Assembly (NCBI GenBank): GCA_021785975.1
Contig: JAJYOE010000001.1
Coordinates: 620 to 64,619, forward strand
Source of the DNA: Bacillota bacterium
GTDB lineage: Bacteria; Bacillota; Bacilli; Alicyclobacillales; SLC66
Reading direction: 5' to 3'
Length of the DNA stretch: 64,000 nucleotides
In this document: positions 47,778-57,418 of the stretch, piece by piece
Layout of the letters: each line of letters begins with the position of its first letter
Position numbering within the stretch: position 1 is the stretch's first letter
Notes under the pieces: generated by a model
Told to the model about the DNA's origin: nothing
What the model saw: only the letters and a program-made list of their open reading frames with translations
Databases searched by the model: none
Translations under genes and position numbers: made by a program

Positions 47778-50114
47778 ATGGAAGCAAGGTCCATCGATCG
47801 AGATGAAAGACGTGGCATCGACGAAGACCTCACGATGGCAGAGAACAGTCCCAAAGATACAGAACCTGTCAGTGTTGAACAAGCGGAAAAGGCGCTGCAA
47901 AAACTTTTTAAGAAAGCCCCTTATCTGACAGAGGTTGATCAAGAACTCCTGAAGCGGGCGTATACCTACGCAGAGTTGCATCATCGCGGTCAAAAGCGAA
48001 GCTCTGGGGAGGATTACATCATTCATCCCGTTGCCGTTGCGGAAATACTCGCAGGTCTTCAGCTCGATCCGATGACGCTTGCAGCAGCGCTGCTTCACGA
48101 TGTCGTCGAAGACACAAAAGTGACCGATGAAGAACTGGTTCGGCAATTTGGATCGGAAATTGCCAGTTTGGTCGATGGAGTGACTAAGCTAAAGCGTTTG
48201 CGTTTTGAGTCCAGGGAAGAGCAGCAGGCGGAAAACTTGCGGAAAATGTTTCTGGCAATGGCGAAAGACATTCGCGTGGCTTTGATTCGTCTTTCCGACC
48301 GTCTGCACAACATGCGAACGCTGAAATACAGACCCCCCGAAAAACAGCGGAAAACAGCAGAAGAAACGCTGGAAATTTTCGCTCCTCTCGCCCATCGGCT
48401 CGGAATGTCCACCATCAAGTGGGAACTCGAGGATACTGCGCTTCGTTACATTGATCCTCAACAGTATTACCGAATCGTCAACCTGATGGCCAAAAAGCGA
48501 GGCGAGCGTGAAAAGTACATCCAACAAGTGATGGACGTCATGAAGAACAAGTTGGAGGAACTGAATGTCCGCGCGGAACTTTCCGGAAGAGCCAAACATA
48601 TTTACAGTATTTACCGGAAGATGAAGGAACAGCACAAAGAATTCAATGAGATCTACGACCTGTTTGCTGTTCGAGTCATTGTGGATACTGTGAAAGACTG
48701 TTATTCGGTATTGGGGATTGTTCATACGATGTGGAAGCCGGTCCCTGGCAGATTTAAGGATTACATCGCCATGCCAAAACCTAACTTGTATCAAAGTCTG
48801 CACACGACGGTGATCGGCGCAAATGGCGAACCGCTAGAAATTCAGATCCGCACTTGGGAGATGCACCGGACTGCCGATTACGGCATCGCAGCTCACTGGA
48901 TTTATAAAGAGCAAAATTACGGCAAGGATTCTAGTGCGGCGACTGCAGCCAATACGCAGACGGCGCAAAGTACGTTCGCAAAAAAATTAGCCTGGTTTCG
49001 CGAGGTCATCGAATGGCAACAAGATTTTCGCGACGCACAGGAATTTCTAGAAACACTCAAGATGGATTTGTTTGCTGATCAGGTATTTGTGTTTACTCCC
49101 AAAGGCGATGTCATTGAATTGCCGGCAGGTTCTTGCCCGATTGACTTTGCCTACCGCATTCACACGGATGTCGGTAATCGCTGCGTAGGTGCAAAAATCA
49201 ACGGTCGCATCGTGACTCTGGATACCCGCCTTCATACGGGAGACATTATCGAGGTCCTCACTTCCAAATTATCTTACGGCCCTAGCCAGGATTGGCTAAA
49301 GATTGCGCAGACGTCGCAGGCCAGGCAAAAGATTCGCATGTGGTTCAAAAAAGAACGCCGCGATCAAAATGTGGAAAAAGGTCGGGAAATGATCGAGAAA
49401 GAGATCATCAAGCACCGGCTCGATCCGCATACTGTGATGGCGCAGTATTTGCCGGACGTGCTCGGCAAATTGAATTTTAATAAAGTGGAAGACATGTTTG
49501 CAGCGGTTGGCTATGGCGGTATGTCGGCCATCCAAGTAATGACGAGAATTCTTGAACGGATTCGCAAAGACGAGCCCGTCGTCGACTCTGTGGAAGCACT
49601 TCCTGTCATGCCAGTCCGTGAAAGGGATAGAGAACGGGAACACAAAAAGAAAACCACTGAAAAGAACAACCTCGGCGTGCGGGTCAAAGGCATTGATAAT
49701 GTGCTGGTGCGTTTTTCACGCTGTTGCAATCCAGTTCCCGGGGATGAGATTACCGGTTTTGTCACTCGCGGACGCGGGGTATCCGTGCATCGGACTGATT
49801 GTCCCAACGTCCTCGCATTAGTGGAAGAAGGCAACCGGATTCTTGAAGTCGAATGGGAACAGTCATTAAGCCAATCCTATAATGTGGACATTGAGGTGAC
49901 GGCACTGGATCGCAGAGGGCTGATCAATGAGGTGATGAATGCGGTGGTGGAGACCAAAACCGATATCACTGCCGTTTCAGGCAAAGCGGACAAGCGTAAG
50001 ATGGCCACCATTAACCTCAGCATCAGCATCCGCAATGTCGAACACTTGCGTCAGGTAGTGGAACGAATCAAACGGGTAAAAGATATCTATGCGGTAAGAC
50101 GCGTGATTCAATAA
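47778..50114 (+). CDS. relA: Bifunctional (p)ppGpp synthetase/hydrolase Rel
   Basis: The ATG lies 8 nt after GGAGGTG. HD domain (HPVAVA, LHDVVEDT), synthetase domain (RAKHIYSIYRKM, YQSLHT), and TGS and ACT domains. Confidence 0.95.
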   Translation: MEARSIDRDERRGIDEDLTMAENSPKDTEPVSVEQAEKALQKLFKKAPYLTEVDQELLKRAYTYAELHHRGQKRSSGEDYIIHPVAVAEILAGLQLDPMTLAAALLHDVVEDTKVTDEELVRQFGSEIASLVDGVTKLKRLRFESREEQQAENLRKMFLAMAKDIRVALIRLSDRLHNMRTLKYRPPEKQRKTAEETLEIFAPLAHRLGMSTIKWELEDTALRYIDPQQYYRIVNLMAKKRGEREKYIQQVMDVMKNKLEELNVRAELSGRAKHIYSIYRKMKEQHKEFNEIYDLFAVRVIVDTVKDCYSVLGIVHTMWKPVPGRFKDYIAMPKPNLYQSLHTTVIGANGEPLEIQIRTWEMHRTADYGIAAHWIYKEQNYGKDSSAATAANTQTAQSTFAKKLAWFREVIEWQQDFRDAQEFLETLKMDLFADQVFVFTPKGDVIELPAGSCPIDFAYRIHTDVGNRCVGAKINGRIVTLDTRLHTGDIIEVLTSKLSYGPSQDWLKIAQTSQARQKIRMWFKKERRDQNVEKGREMIEKEIIKHRLDPHTVMAQYLPDVLGKLNFNKVEDMFAAVGYGGMSAIQVMTRILERIRKDEPVVDSVEALPVMPVRERDREREHKKKTTEKNNLGVRVKGIDNVLVRFSRCCNPVPGDEITGFVTRGRGVSVHRTDCPNVLALVEEGNRILEVEWEQSLSQSYNVDIEVTALDRRGLINEVMNAVVETKTDITAVSGKADKRKMATINLSISIRNVEHLRQVVERIKRVKDIYAVRRVIQ

Positions 50115-50129
50115 GGGAGAGATTTTTGA

Positions 50130-50576
50130 ATGAGGGCGGTGGTCCAGCGGGTCAGTTCTGCCAGAGTGAGAGTGGGCCATGAGGTGGTCGGCGAAATCGG
50201 ACGAGGTCTGTTGGTGTTGGCTGGTTTTACGCATTCTGACGCCAAACCGGATTTGACTTATATGGCAGAGAAAATTCTCAATCTTCGTATATTTGAAGAT
50301 CCGGAAGGAAAAATGAATGACTCGTGTCTGGATGTAGGAGGCATGATTCTTTCTGTCTCGCAATTTACCCTGTACGGGGATACTCGCAAAGGGAGACGAC
50401 CCAATTACATGGCGGCGGCGAAGCCGGACTTCGCGCTCGCACTGTATGAAGAGTTTAACCATATGTTGCGGGAGAGTGGACTCATCGTTCGCACAGGAAG
50501 GTTTGGGGCGATGATGGAGGTGGAACTCGTGAATGACGGGCCAGTGACGTTGTGGCTCGATACGCAGCATCTATAA
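50130..50576 (+). CDS. dtd: D-aminoacyl-tRNA deacylase
   Basis: 148 aa. MRAVVQRV...V, the SQFTLYGD motif, and GRRP. Confidence 0.95.
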   Translation: MRAVVQRVSSARVRVGHEVVGEIGRGLLVLAGFTHSDAKPDLTYMAEKILNLRIFEDPEGKMNDSCLDVGGMILSVSQFTLYGDTRKGRRPNYMAAAKPDFALALYEEFNHMLRESGLIVRTGRFGAMMEVELVNDGPVTLWLDTQHL

Positions 50577-50597
50577 GAAGAAGCGGGAGGATAGCGT

Positions 50598-51227
50598 ATG
50601 CTAATTCAAACTTTTGTTCTCAATGATCTTTATACCAACACCTACGTGGTGGGGGAGTCAGAGGGAGAAGTAATGGTGATCGACCCGGGGTCAGAAACGA
50701 TGGACGAAGTGATCGACTTTGTGCGAGATCATCACCTTTCTGTCAAGTACATTGTCAATACGCATGCCCATTTTGACCATGTCATTGGCAACGATAGTTT
50801 GAGAAGGCATTTTGGGGTACCGCTTTTTATTCACGAAATGGACCTCGATCTTCTCTTGCAACTTCCCAATGTCACCCAACGGGTTTTTGGCAAATCTGTT
50901 GCAAGCAATCCGCCAGATCAGTTTCTGCATGAGAACGATATCATCAAGGTAGGCGCTTACCGCTTTCGAGTACTCGAAACCCCAGGGCACACTCCCGGTG
51001 GCATCTGCCTTTATGCTGAACAGGAAGGTGTCCTGCTCACCGGAGACACTTTATTTGCGGGCACCATCGGCAGGACCGACTTGCCTGGCGGTAACGCGAG
51101 CCAGCTTTTTCAGTCATTAAAAGAAAAATTATGGCCGCTTCCAGATGAGGTGGTCATCTATCCGGGTCATGAGGAGGAGTCAACAATCGGGGAGGAACGT
51201 ATGCACAATCCGTTTTTTCATTTCTAA
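50598..51227 (+). CDS. MBL-fold metallo-hydrolase (glyoxalase II-like)
   Basis: 209 aa with the THAHFDH metal motif, TPGHTPG, and GDTLFAG.IGRTD. Confidence 0.85.
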   Translation: MLIQTFVLNDLYTNTYVVGESEGEVMVIDPGSETMDEVIDFVRDHHLSVKYIVNTHAHFDHVIGNDSLRRHFGVPLFIHEMDLDLLLQLPNVTQRVFGKSVASNPPDQFLHENDIIKVGAYRFRVLETPGHTPGGICLYAEQEGVLLTGDTLFAGTIGRTDLPGGNASQLFQSLKEKLWPLPDEVVIYPGHEEESTIGEERMHNPFFHF

Positions 51228-51267
51228 ATAAATTTTAGATTAAAAAGTTCATTGGAGATGCGCCTGC

Positions 51268-51666
51268 CTAAGGCAACTCATCAATGGGACGACGTCCTTT
51301 GAACCCTTCAGAAATCCCATGCCAAAACTTGACTTCCGGTTCGTCAGCGCGCCAGCAAAGGTAGGCTTCTTCCCCATTGACCACGGTCAAAAAATCCACC
51401 AGCCCTGCATCGATGTCTTTAATTTCGATGGATTCGCTCAGCAGATGGTCGATCTGTTGTCTAGCCGCCATCACCGCAAATTCAATTTCTGTTTCTTCCA
51501 CAAAAAAACGGTCGGGGTCTCCCGAAGGCTGTTCTCTTTTCTTTCTTTCTATGTAGAGTCGTCGGATGGCAATATCTTCGCGAGCTTGTTTTAAGGCACT
51601 CATCATGTTCGCAAGCTGCGGTAGCATCGCGTTGGCTTCTTCTTTGGTATAGTATTTTTTACTCAT
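51268..51666 (-). CDS. DUF2203 domain protein
   Basis: 132 aa. The N-terminus K.YT.EEAN..LP.L and the C-terminus LCW...E......WH are typical of DUF2203, as far as I recall. Confidence 0.6.
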   Translation of the reverse strand: MSKKYYTKEEANAMLPQLANMMSALKQAREDIAIRRLYIERKKREQPSGDPDRFFVEETEIEFAVMAARQQIDHLLSESIEIKDIDAGLVDFLTVVNGEEAYLCWRADEPEVKFWHGISEGFKGRRPIDELP

Positions 51667-51784
51667 CGGTTTGCTCCTCTTGTGAGGCTGTCCATATCAG
51701 TCCTAGTATACGAAACCGTCCGGATTTATGCCAGATGGTTTGTTTGCGCTATACTGTAGAGATACAGATAGAAGGAGATCGAAA

Positions 51785-52633
51785 ATGGGGGATTTTATCA
51801 CCCTTCAAGGGATTGTTTTTACCTATGACAAAAGCATATCGCCAGCGCTCGATCACATCACGCTTGCGTTTCAAAAAGGAGAGCGAGTGGCTGTCGTTGG
51901 CGCTAATGGCAGCGGAAAGTCGACACTCATCAAGCTAATCAACGGACTTTTGGTGCCTCAAGATGGCAAGGTGACCGTAGCTGGTTATGACACCAGCGTT
52001 CGCTCCCATTTGCAGCCCATCCGCCGTATCGTCAGTATGGTGTTTCAAAATCCAGACAATCAGATGGTGGCGGGAACCGTCGAAGAAGAAGTGGCTTTCG
52101 GATTGCAAAACTACGGTGTTCCCACTGAAGAGATGCGACGACGAGTACAAGTTGCGCTCGAATATGTGGGATTATGGAGCGAGCGGATGCGTCCGCCGGA
52201 TCAACTGTCAGGAGGTCAAAAGCAGCGCGTCGCCATCGCTGCTGCACTCGCATTTTCACCTGAATGCCTAATTTTTGATGAGGCGACCAGCATGCTGGAC
52301 GCGCCAGGTCGCCACTCGGTGATGAAGCTTTTAGACAGATTGAAAGGCGAAGGAAAAACCATTATTTCTGTCACTCATGATATGGAGGAGGCAGCACAGG
52401 CAGACCGGATTCTTCTTGTGGATCATGGCCAAATTATCTGTGATGAAGGGCCGGCTGCTTTTTTTTCAAGGGATCTGTCCCATTACCGACTAAAGCGGCC
52501 GCTGGCAGCGGAAATCAGCGCGCATTTACGCGCGAGCTTTCCTTGGTTCCCTCATCCGATCATGAAGGTAGAAGGGCTATTAGCAGAATGGGATACATGG
52601 AGGCAGGCGGAAAGTGACGATGCGACAGAATAA
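51785..52633 (+). CDS. ecfA1: Energy-coupling factor transporter ATPase EcfA1
   Basis: The ATG at 51785 follows GAAGGAG. Walker A GANGSGKST, signature LSGGQKQRV, Walker B LIFDEATSMLD. Confidence 0.88.
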   Translation: MGDFITLQGIVFTYDKSISPALDHITLAFQKGERVAVVGANGSGKSTLIKLINGLLVPQDGKVTVAGYDTSVRSHLQPIRRIVSMVFQNPDNQMVAGTVEEEVAFGLQNYGVPTEEMRRRVQVALEYVGLWSERMRPPDQLSGGQKQRVAIAAALAFSPECLIFDEATSMLDAPGRHSVMKLLDRLKGEGKTIISVTHDMEEAAQADRILLVDHGQIICDEGPAAFFSRDLSHYRLKRPLAAEISAHLRASFPWFPHPIMKVEGLLAEWDTWRQAESDDATE

Positions 52634-53519
52634 CGAAGTCATCCTGACCATGGAGCGCGTGAGCTTTCGTTACTCGCCAGGCACGCCGTTTGAACGGTTG
52701 GCGCTCATTGACATTGCTTTGCGCGTGATGAGGGGAGAACGCGTCGCAGTAGTCGGCCAAACGGGTTCAGGAAAATCCACATTGGCGGGGCTTTGTAACG
52801 GTATCTTAAAACCAAGTGACGGCAACGTGACCGTATTCGGTATGGATACTCGCGGTGATGCCAAAATTCAAAAACAATTGCGCGCCAAAGTGGGCCATGT
52901 GATGCAAAACCCGGAAGATCAGCTGTTCGAACAATACGTGGGAGACGATGTGGCGTTTGGTCCGCTCAAGTTGGGACTCACACTCGATGAAGCGCGGGAG
53001 CGTGCCAGATCCGCTATGGCAGCGGTGGGACTTGATTTTACGGAAAAAGATACGCCAATCTATACACTCAGTCGAGGGAGAAAACGATTGGTAGCGATCG
53101 CGGGAATCCTCGCGATGGAGCCGGAATTGCTGATTCTTGATGAGCCGACTTCAGGACTGGATCCGTTGACTGCCAAGTCACTTTTGGATTCGCTCAGCGC
53201 GATGTGTGAGGAAAAAGGAACGACACTCCTCCTGATCACTCACCAGTTAAGCGAAGTGTTGCAACTGGCGAATCGTGTGATCGTGATGGATCATGGGAAA
53301 ATAAGCAGGGATGGGGACCCCGAAGCTATCTTTTTAGCTGCAGAGGAATTGCCTTTTGGACTCGATGTGCCTGATGAGGTGATCATGGCAAAGCGTCTGC
53401 AAGCGGCAGGCGTTAGGATCGAGAGAAAGGATTGGAACGCCGAAGGATTCGCGGCGACCATGGCCAATAGTCTATTGAATAGAGAGGTGAAGGATGGAAA
53501 ACTCACTAAACTGGAGTAG
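52614..53519 (+). CDS. ecfA2: Energy-coupling factor transporter ATPase EcfA2
   Basis: 301 aa. Walker A GQTGSGKST and Walker B LILDEPTSGLD. The signature sequence is degenerate (LSRGRKRLV). Overlaps the end of ecfA1. Confidence 0.88.
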   Translation: MTMRQNNEVILTMERVSFRYSPGTPFERLALIDIALRVMRGERVAVVGQTGSGKSTLAGLCNGILKPSDGNVTVFGMDTRGDAKIQKQLRAKVGHVMQNPEDQLFEQYVGDDVAFGPLKLGLTLDEARERARSAMAAVGLDFTEKDTPIYTLSRGRKRLVAIAGILAMEPELLILDEPTSGLDPLTAKSLLDSLSAMCEEKGTTLLLITHQLSEVLQLANRVIVMDHGKISRDGDPEAIFLAAEELPFGLDVPDEVIMAKRLQAAGVRIERKDWNAEGFAATMANSLLNREVKDGKLTKLE

Positions 53520-54333
53520 TCAGGTGGTCATCGGCAAATACATCCCTGCGGAATCTTTCGTCCACCGAATGGATCCGCGGGCGAAGTTGTCATTGTTCAT
53601 CCTTTTTTTGGCCATCGTGTCATTCACTCGCACGATTCTGCCGGAAGTCGTGTGGTTGGTCGCTCTTTTTTCACTACTGTACATAGGCAAAATTCCGATC
53701 CGCTATTTTTTCAGCGGTTTGCGACCCGCGCTGCCGCTGCTGTTCTTGTTTATGCTGTTGCAGCTTTTTTTCTTGCCTGTGCCTGGTGCATCGCGCGATT
53801 GGCTCGTTTGGGGATGGGTCAAAATCGGCCCGGAGACGATCGTTTTGATTATATCTGGCGCGCTTCGCTTTATTGTGATTTTTTTGCTGATTCAGCTGCT
53901 CACCGCGAGCACATCCCTGACAGACCTGGCACACGCATTTGAACAACTCTTATCGCCACTTGCGAAACTTCGTTTGCCAGTGCATGAGGTGGCGATCATT
54001 ATGGTCATTGCAGTCCGATTTGTTCCGACATTTGCAGCAGAAGCGGATAAAATCCGCAGGGCTCAGGCGGCGCGCGGCGCTGACATTGGTACGGCAAGGG
54101 CGTGGCAAGTAATCAAACGGACGAAATCTGTCTTTCCTATTCTGTTGCCTTTGTTTATACTTGCCATAAATCGCGCAGAAGACCTGGTGATGGCGATGGA
54201 GGCGAGAGGATTTGTGCCGGGTGAGCGTCGCACCAGATACATCACCTTTGCCTGGCGTAAGCGCGATACACTTGGTGCTGTCATAGGGGCTATATTTGCT
54301 GCGCTGATGGGAATTTGGCAATTTTATCAATAA
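53494..54333 (+). CDS. ecfT: Energy-coupling factor transporter transmembrane protein EcfT
   Basis: 279 aa. IGKYIP..S..HR.DPR.KL at the N-terminus, and the conserved ARG coupling motifs (QAARGAD, MEARGF). Confidence 0.88.
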   Translation: MENSLNWSSQVVIGKYIPAESFVHRMDPRAKLSLFILFLAIVSFTRTILPEVVWLVALFSLLYIGKIPIRYFFSGLRPALPLLFLFMLLQLFFLPVPGASRDWLVWGWVKIGPETIVLIISGALRFIVIFLLIQLLTASTSLTDLAHAFEQLLSPLAKLRLPVHEVAIIMVIAVRFVPTFAAEADKIRRAQAARGADIGTARAWQVIKRTKSVFPILLPLFILAINRAEDLVMAMEARGFVPGERRTRYITFAWRKRDTLGAVIGAIFAALMGIWQFYQ

Positions 54334-54348
54334 AAGGGGGAATGGGCG

Positions 54349-54939
54349 TTGGAACATAGAGATGAAATGGAGGCGCCTAAAAGCGTTTTTACCACACGCA
54401 AAATTGTCGTGGCCGGTGTGCTGTCTGCCATCGCTGTCTTTCTGGGCTTGACGGGTTGGGGATTCGTGCCTGTACCGACGGCTGCAGGGAATGCGACAAT
54501 TTTGCAAATCCCCGCCATTATTGGCGGTGTTGTAGAAGGGCCATTGGTTGGTGCAGTGATCGGCCTTATTTTTGGGGTATCCTCTTTTTTACACGCTACC
54601 GTGCCGTTTTTCAAGGATCCACTCGTGGCAATCTTGCCCCGGATATTTATTGGTGTATTCGGCTATTATGCGTACGTGATGGTGAAGCGATTATTTTCAA
54701 AATCCAAAACGGGAGGACTCCTATTGGCGATTGGAGTCGCGGGATTTATCGGCTCTGCTACGAATACTATACTGGTACTGGCGATGATTTATCTGCGCGG
54801 GTATTTGTCATTACAGGCTTGTGCTTCCATCGCGCTCATCAACGGTGTGCCTGAAGCGGTGGTCTCCATCATCATTACGGTAGCGGTGGTCTCCGCATGG
54901 TGGAGGCTGGATCGTGGAAGAAAAGGCTCTCGTATCTGA
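54349..54939 (+). CDS. ECF transporter S component (substrate unknown)
   Basis: 196 aa, TTG after GGGGGA. About 6 TM helices with the S-component-like start TTRKIVVAGVLSAIAVFLGL. Lies directly downstream of ecfT. Confidence 0.7.
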   Translation: MEHRDEMEAPKSVFTTRKIVVAGVLSAIAVFLGLTGWGFVPVPTAAGNATILQIPAIIGGVVEGPLVGAVIGLIFGVSSFLHATVPFFKDPLVAILPRIFIGVFGYYAYVMVKRLFSKSKTGGLLLAIGVAGFIGSATNTILVLAMIYLRGYLSLQACASIALINGVPEAVVSIIITVAVVSAWWRLDRGRKGSRI

Positions 54940-54965
54940 TTTTTCTTGTGGCGAAGGTGAGGTTA

Positions 54966-55910
54966 ATGAAAAATACCAATTCCATGACGATTACCAGTGT
55001 ACCGGGAATTATGGTGGGCCAGGTGGAAGATGTGGAGGCTGGTACCGGTTGCACCGTGATCGTAGCGAAAAATGGCGCTGTCGGCGGCGTCGACGTGAGA
55101 GGTTCGGCACCTGGCACAAGGGAGACCGATCTTTTGAATCCCGTCCATACGGTAGAGCGCGTTCATGCGGTAGTGCTGTCAGGAGGTAGCGCTTATGGAT
55201 TGTCTGCCGCAGGCGGAGTCATGCAAGCGCTTGAGGAAATGGGGATCGGACTTGATGTGGGGGTCGCTAAAGTGCCCATCGTCCCTGCAGCGGTTCTTTT
55301 TGATCTGGCATACAAATCGGCAACCGTTAGGCCGGACGAGGCGATGGGCAACGCTGCTGCCAAACTGGCTACCTCAGCACCGGTCAAGGAAGGAAGTGTC
55401 GGTGCGGGATGCGGTGCCACAGTGGGCAAATTGCTGGGGATGGAACGGGCCAGCAAAGGAGGAATCGGTTCATACGCCATGGCAGTGGGTGAGCTTATCG
55501 TCGGAGCCATTGTCGCGGTCAATGCGTTGGGAGAGGTCATCAATCCCGAAAACGGAGAGATCATTGCGGGAATTCGCCAGCAGGATGGTCCAATAGATGA
55601 GCCTCATGGTGCTTTTATTAAGAGCATCGAGGTGCTCAAAAGCGCGCAATCGGAAGCCTTTTTCGGCCAGAATACAACCATCGGATGTATTGCCACCAAT
55701 GCAAAATTAAGCAAAGCGGAAGCGAACAAAGTCGCGCAGATGGCGCATGACGGACTCGCGAAAACGATACGCCCCGTCCATACCCCGTATGATGGGGATA
55801 CGCTATTTGCGTTGTCCACAGGTGATGTACAAAGTCGCGTGGAATTGGTGGGGGCACTGGCGGTAGAGGTGATCGCCAGATCAGTCGTGAACGCCGTTCA
55901 GTCCAGCTGA
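54966..55910 (+). CDS. P1 (S58, DmpA/BapA-like) family aminopeptidase
   Basis: ATG at 54966 (MKNTNSMTITSVPG). Contains GTGCTVI, GSAPGTRETDLL, LSGGSAYGL, and the TTIGCIATNA block holding the candidate nucleophile region. Confidence 0.8.
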   Translation: MKNTNSMTITSVPGIMVGQVEDVEAGTGCTVIVAKNGAVGGVDVRGSAPGTRETDLLNPVHTVERVHAVVLSGGSAYGLSAAGGVMQALEEMGIGLDVGVAKVPIVPAAVLFDLAYKSATVRPDEAMGNAAAKLATSAPVKEGSVGAGCGATVGKLLGMERASKGGIGSYAMAVGELIVGAIVAVNALGEVINPENGEIIAGIRQQDGPIDEPHGAFIKSIEVLKSAQSEAFFGQNTTIGCIATNAKLSKAEANKVAQMAHDGLAKTIRPVHTPYDGDTLFALSTGDVQSRVELVGALAVEVIARSVVNAVQSS

Positions 55911-55955
55911 GCCTGAATAATAGAAGATAATTACAGATAATTCGGCGGTGGTGTC

Positions 55956-56432
55956 GTGCAGTCTAAGTTTTCACAGGTCTGGCAGCGGTTGATCGTGTTT
56001 TTGTATCGTTTGACGCCGCTTTTTATCTCTAAATGGATTGTATATCTTTTAAAGCCCAAATACGTGATCGCAGTGGTGGCGCTGGTGGCCAATGATGCCG
56101 GACGCCTGCTTGTTCTTCATCATACATACGGGAAAAATCATCGTTGGCGCTTTCCGGGAGGCATCAAGGAACGCCATGAGCATCCTTTTGAGACTGCAGA
56201 GAGGGAACTGATTGAAGAAGCCAATATGGTGGTCAAAGCCAAACAGCTGATCGGTGTGGCAAAGTCCTATGCGACTTATGATATCGCGGTTTATTGTGAA
56301 CTGGTGGAGACACTCCCATTCAAGGCAAATGCAGAAGTGGACGATCTGCAATGGATCCTTCCGGATGAATCGGAGATCAAGCTTCCTTCGGAACAAATGG
56401 AGATTTGGAAAGCGTATAAGGAGATGAACTGA
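55956..56432 (+). CDS. NUDIX hydrolase
   Basis: 158 aa. Nudix box GGIKERHEHPFETAERELIEEANM. The N-terminus is hydrophobic. Confidence 0.8.
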   Translation: MQSKFSQVWQRLIVFLYRLTPLFISKWIVYLLKPKYVIAVVALVANDAGRLLVLHHTYGKNHRWRFPGGIKERHEHPFETAERELIEEANMVVKAKQLIGVAKSYATYDIAVYCELVETLPFKANAEVDDLQWILPDESEIKLPSEQMEIWKAYKEMN

Positions 56433-57355
56433 TGATACTTGTCTATCATGAAAAGCAGGCAGAAAAATACGCCAACCACCTTATCGATCAAGGACTTCCC
56501 GGAGTGGTATACGCTAAAAATGAGGAGGAGGCTACCAGGTGGCTGGATCAGGCAGAGGTTCTTTTTGCCTGGAAATTCCCTGCTCATTTGTATCAACACA
56601 TGCCTAAACTTCGCTGGGTGCAGTGGATGGGGGCCGGTGTGGAAGATGTGGTCAATGCCTTGCCGGAATCTGTGGTGCTGACCAGGATCGTTGGCCAATT
56701 TGGGAAAGTCATGGCGGAATATGTATTCACCTGGTTGTTATATGAATATCAAGGCGTCTATCGCTTTTTAGAGGCAAAAGCGAATCGCGAGTGGAAACCT
56801 CGCAGACCGGAATCACTGGCCGGTAAAACACTTGGTGTCGCTGGTCTTGGATCGATCGGGCAGGAAGTGGTCAAACTCGGAAAGGCATTTGGTATGCATG
56901 TGATCGGACTCAGCCGTTCAGGCAGTCAAAGGGAGATCGTCGAACAACATTTTTCTCCTGAAGAGTGGGAGGATTTTGCAGGTCTGGCGGACGTGCTCGT
57001 CAACATACTTCCTCATACCCCTGAGACGGACAAGGTGGTAAGCAGGAGCGTATTTGCTGCGATGCGAACGTCCTCAATCCTGGTCAATATTGGGCGGGGG
57101 AAAACAGTGGATCAAGACGCACTGTTGGTCAGTCTGCAAACAGAGAAATTGCGCGCGGCGATCCTGGATGTGTTTGAAGTAGAACCGCTCTCGTCGAGTC
57201 ATCCGTTTTGGGAAATGCCTCAGGTGTATATGACGCCGCATATTTCCGGGCCAAGTCTCAGCGGCGATGTCAGTAATTTTTTTATCAATAACCACGAACG
57301 ATGGATGAATGGCAGTCCACTCCTAGGAACGGTGGATAGGCTTCGCGGTTATTGA
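56432..57355 (+). CDS. D-isomer-specific 2-hydroxyacid dehydrogenase family protein
   Basis: 307 aa. NAD motif GVAGLGSIG, plus RGK.VD..AL and the catalytic TPH context. TGATG overlap with the Nudix gene. Confidence 0.82.
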   Translation: MILVYHEKQAEKYANHLIDQGLPGVVYAKNEEEATRWLDQAEVLFAWKFPAHLYQHMPKLRWVQWMGAGVEDVVNALPESVVLTRIVGQFGKVMAEYVFTWLLYEYQGVYRFLEAKANREWKPRRPESLAGKTLGVAGLGSIGQEVVKLGKAFGMHVIGLSRSGSQREIVEQHFSPEEWEDFAGLADVLVNILPHTPETDKVVSRSVFAAMRTSSILVNIGRGKTVDQDALLVSLQTEKLRAAILDVFEVEPLSSSHPFWEMPQVYMTPHISGPSLSGDVSNFFINNHERWMNGSPLLGTVDRLRGY

Positions 57356-57418
57356 TGGAGAAAAGATTGTATAAGCATCGCGCTGTTACGTGAAAAATAG
57401 CCCCAAGGGGGCATAAAC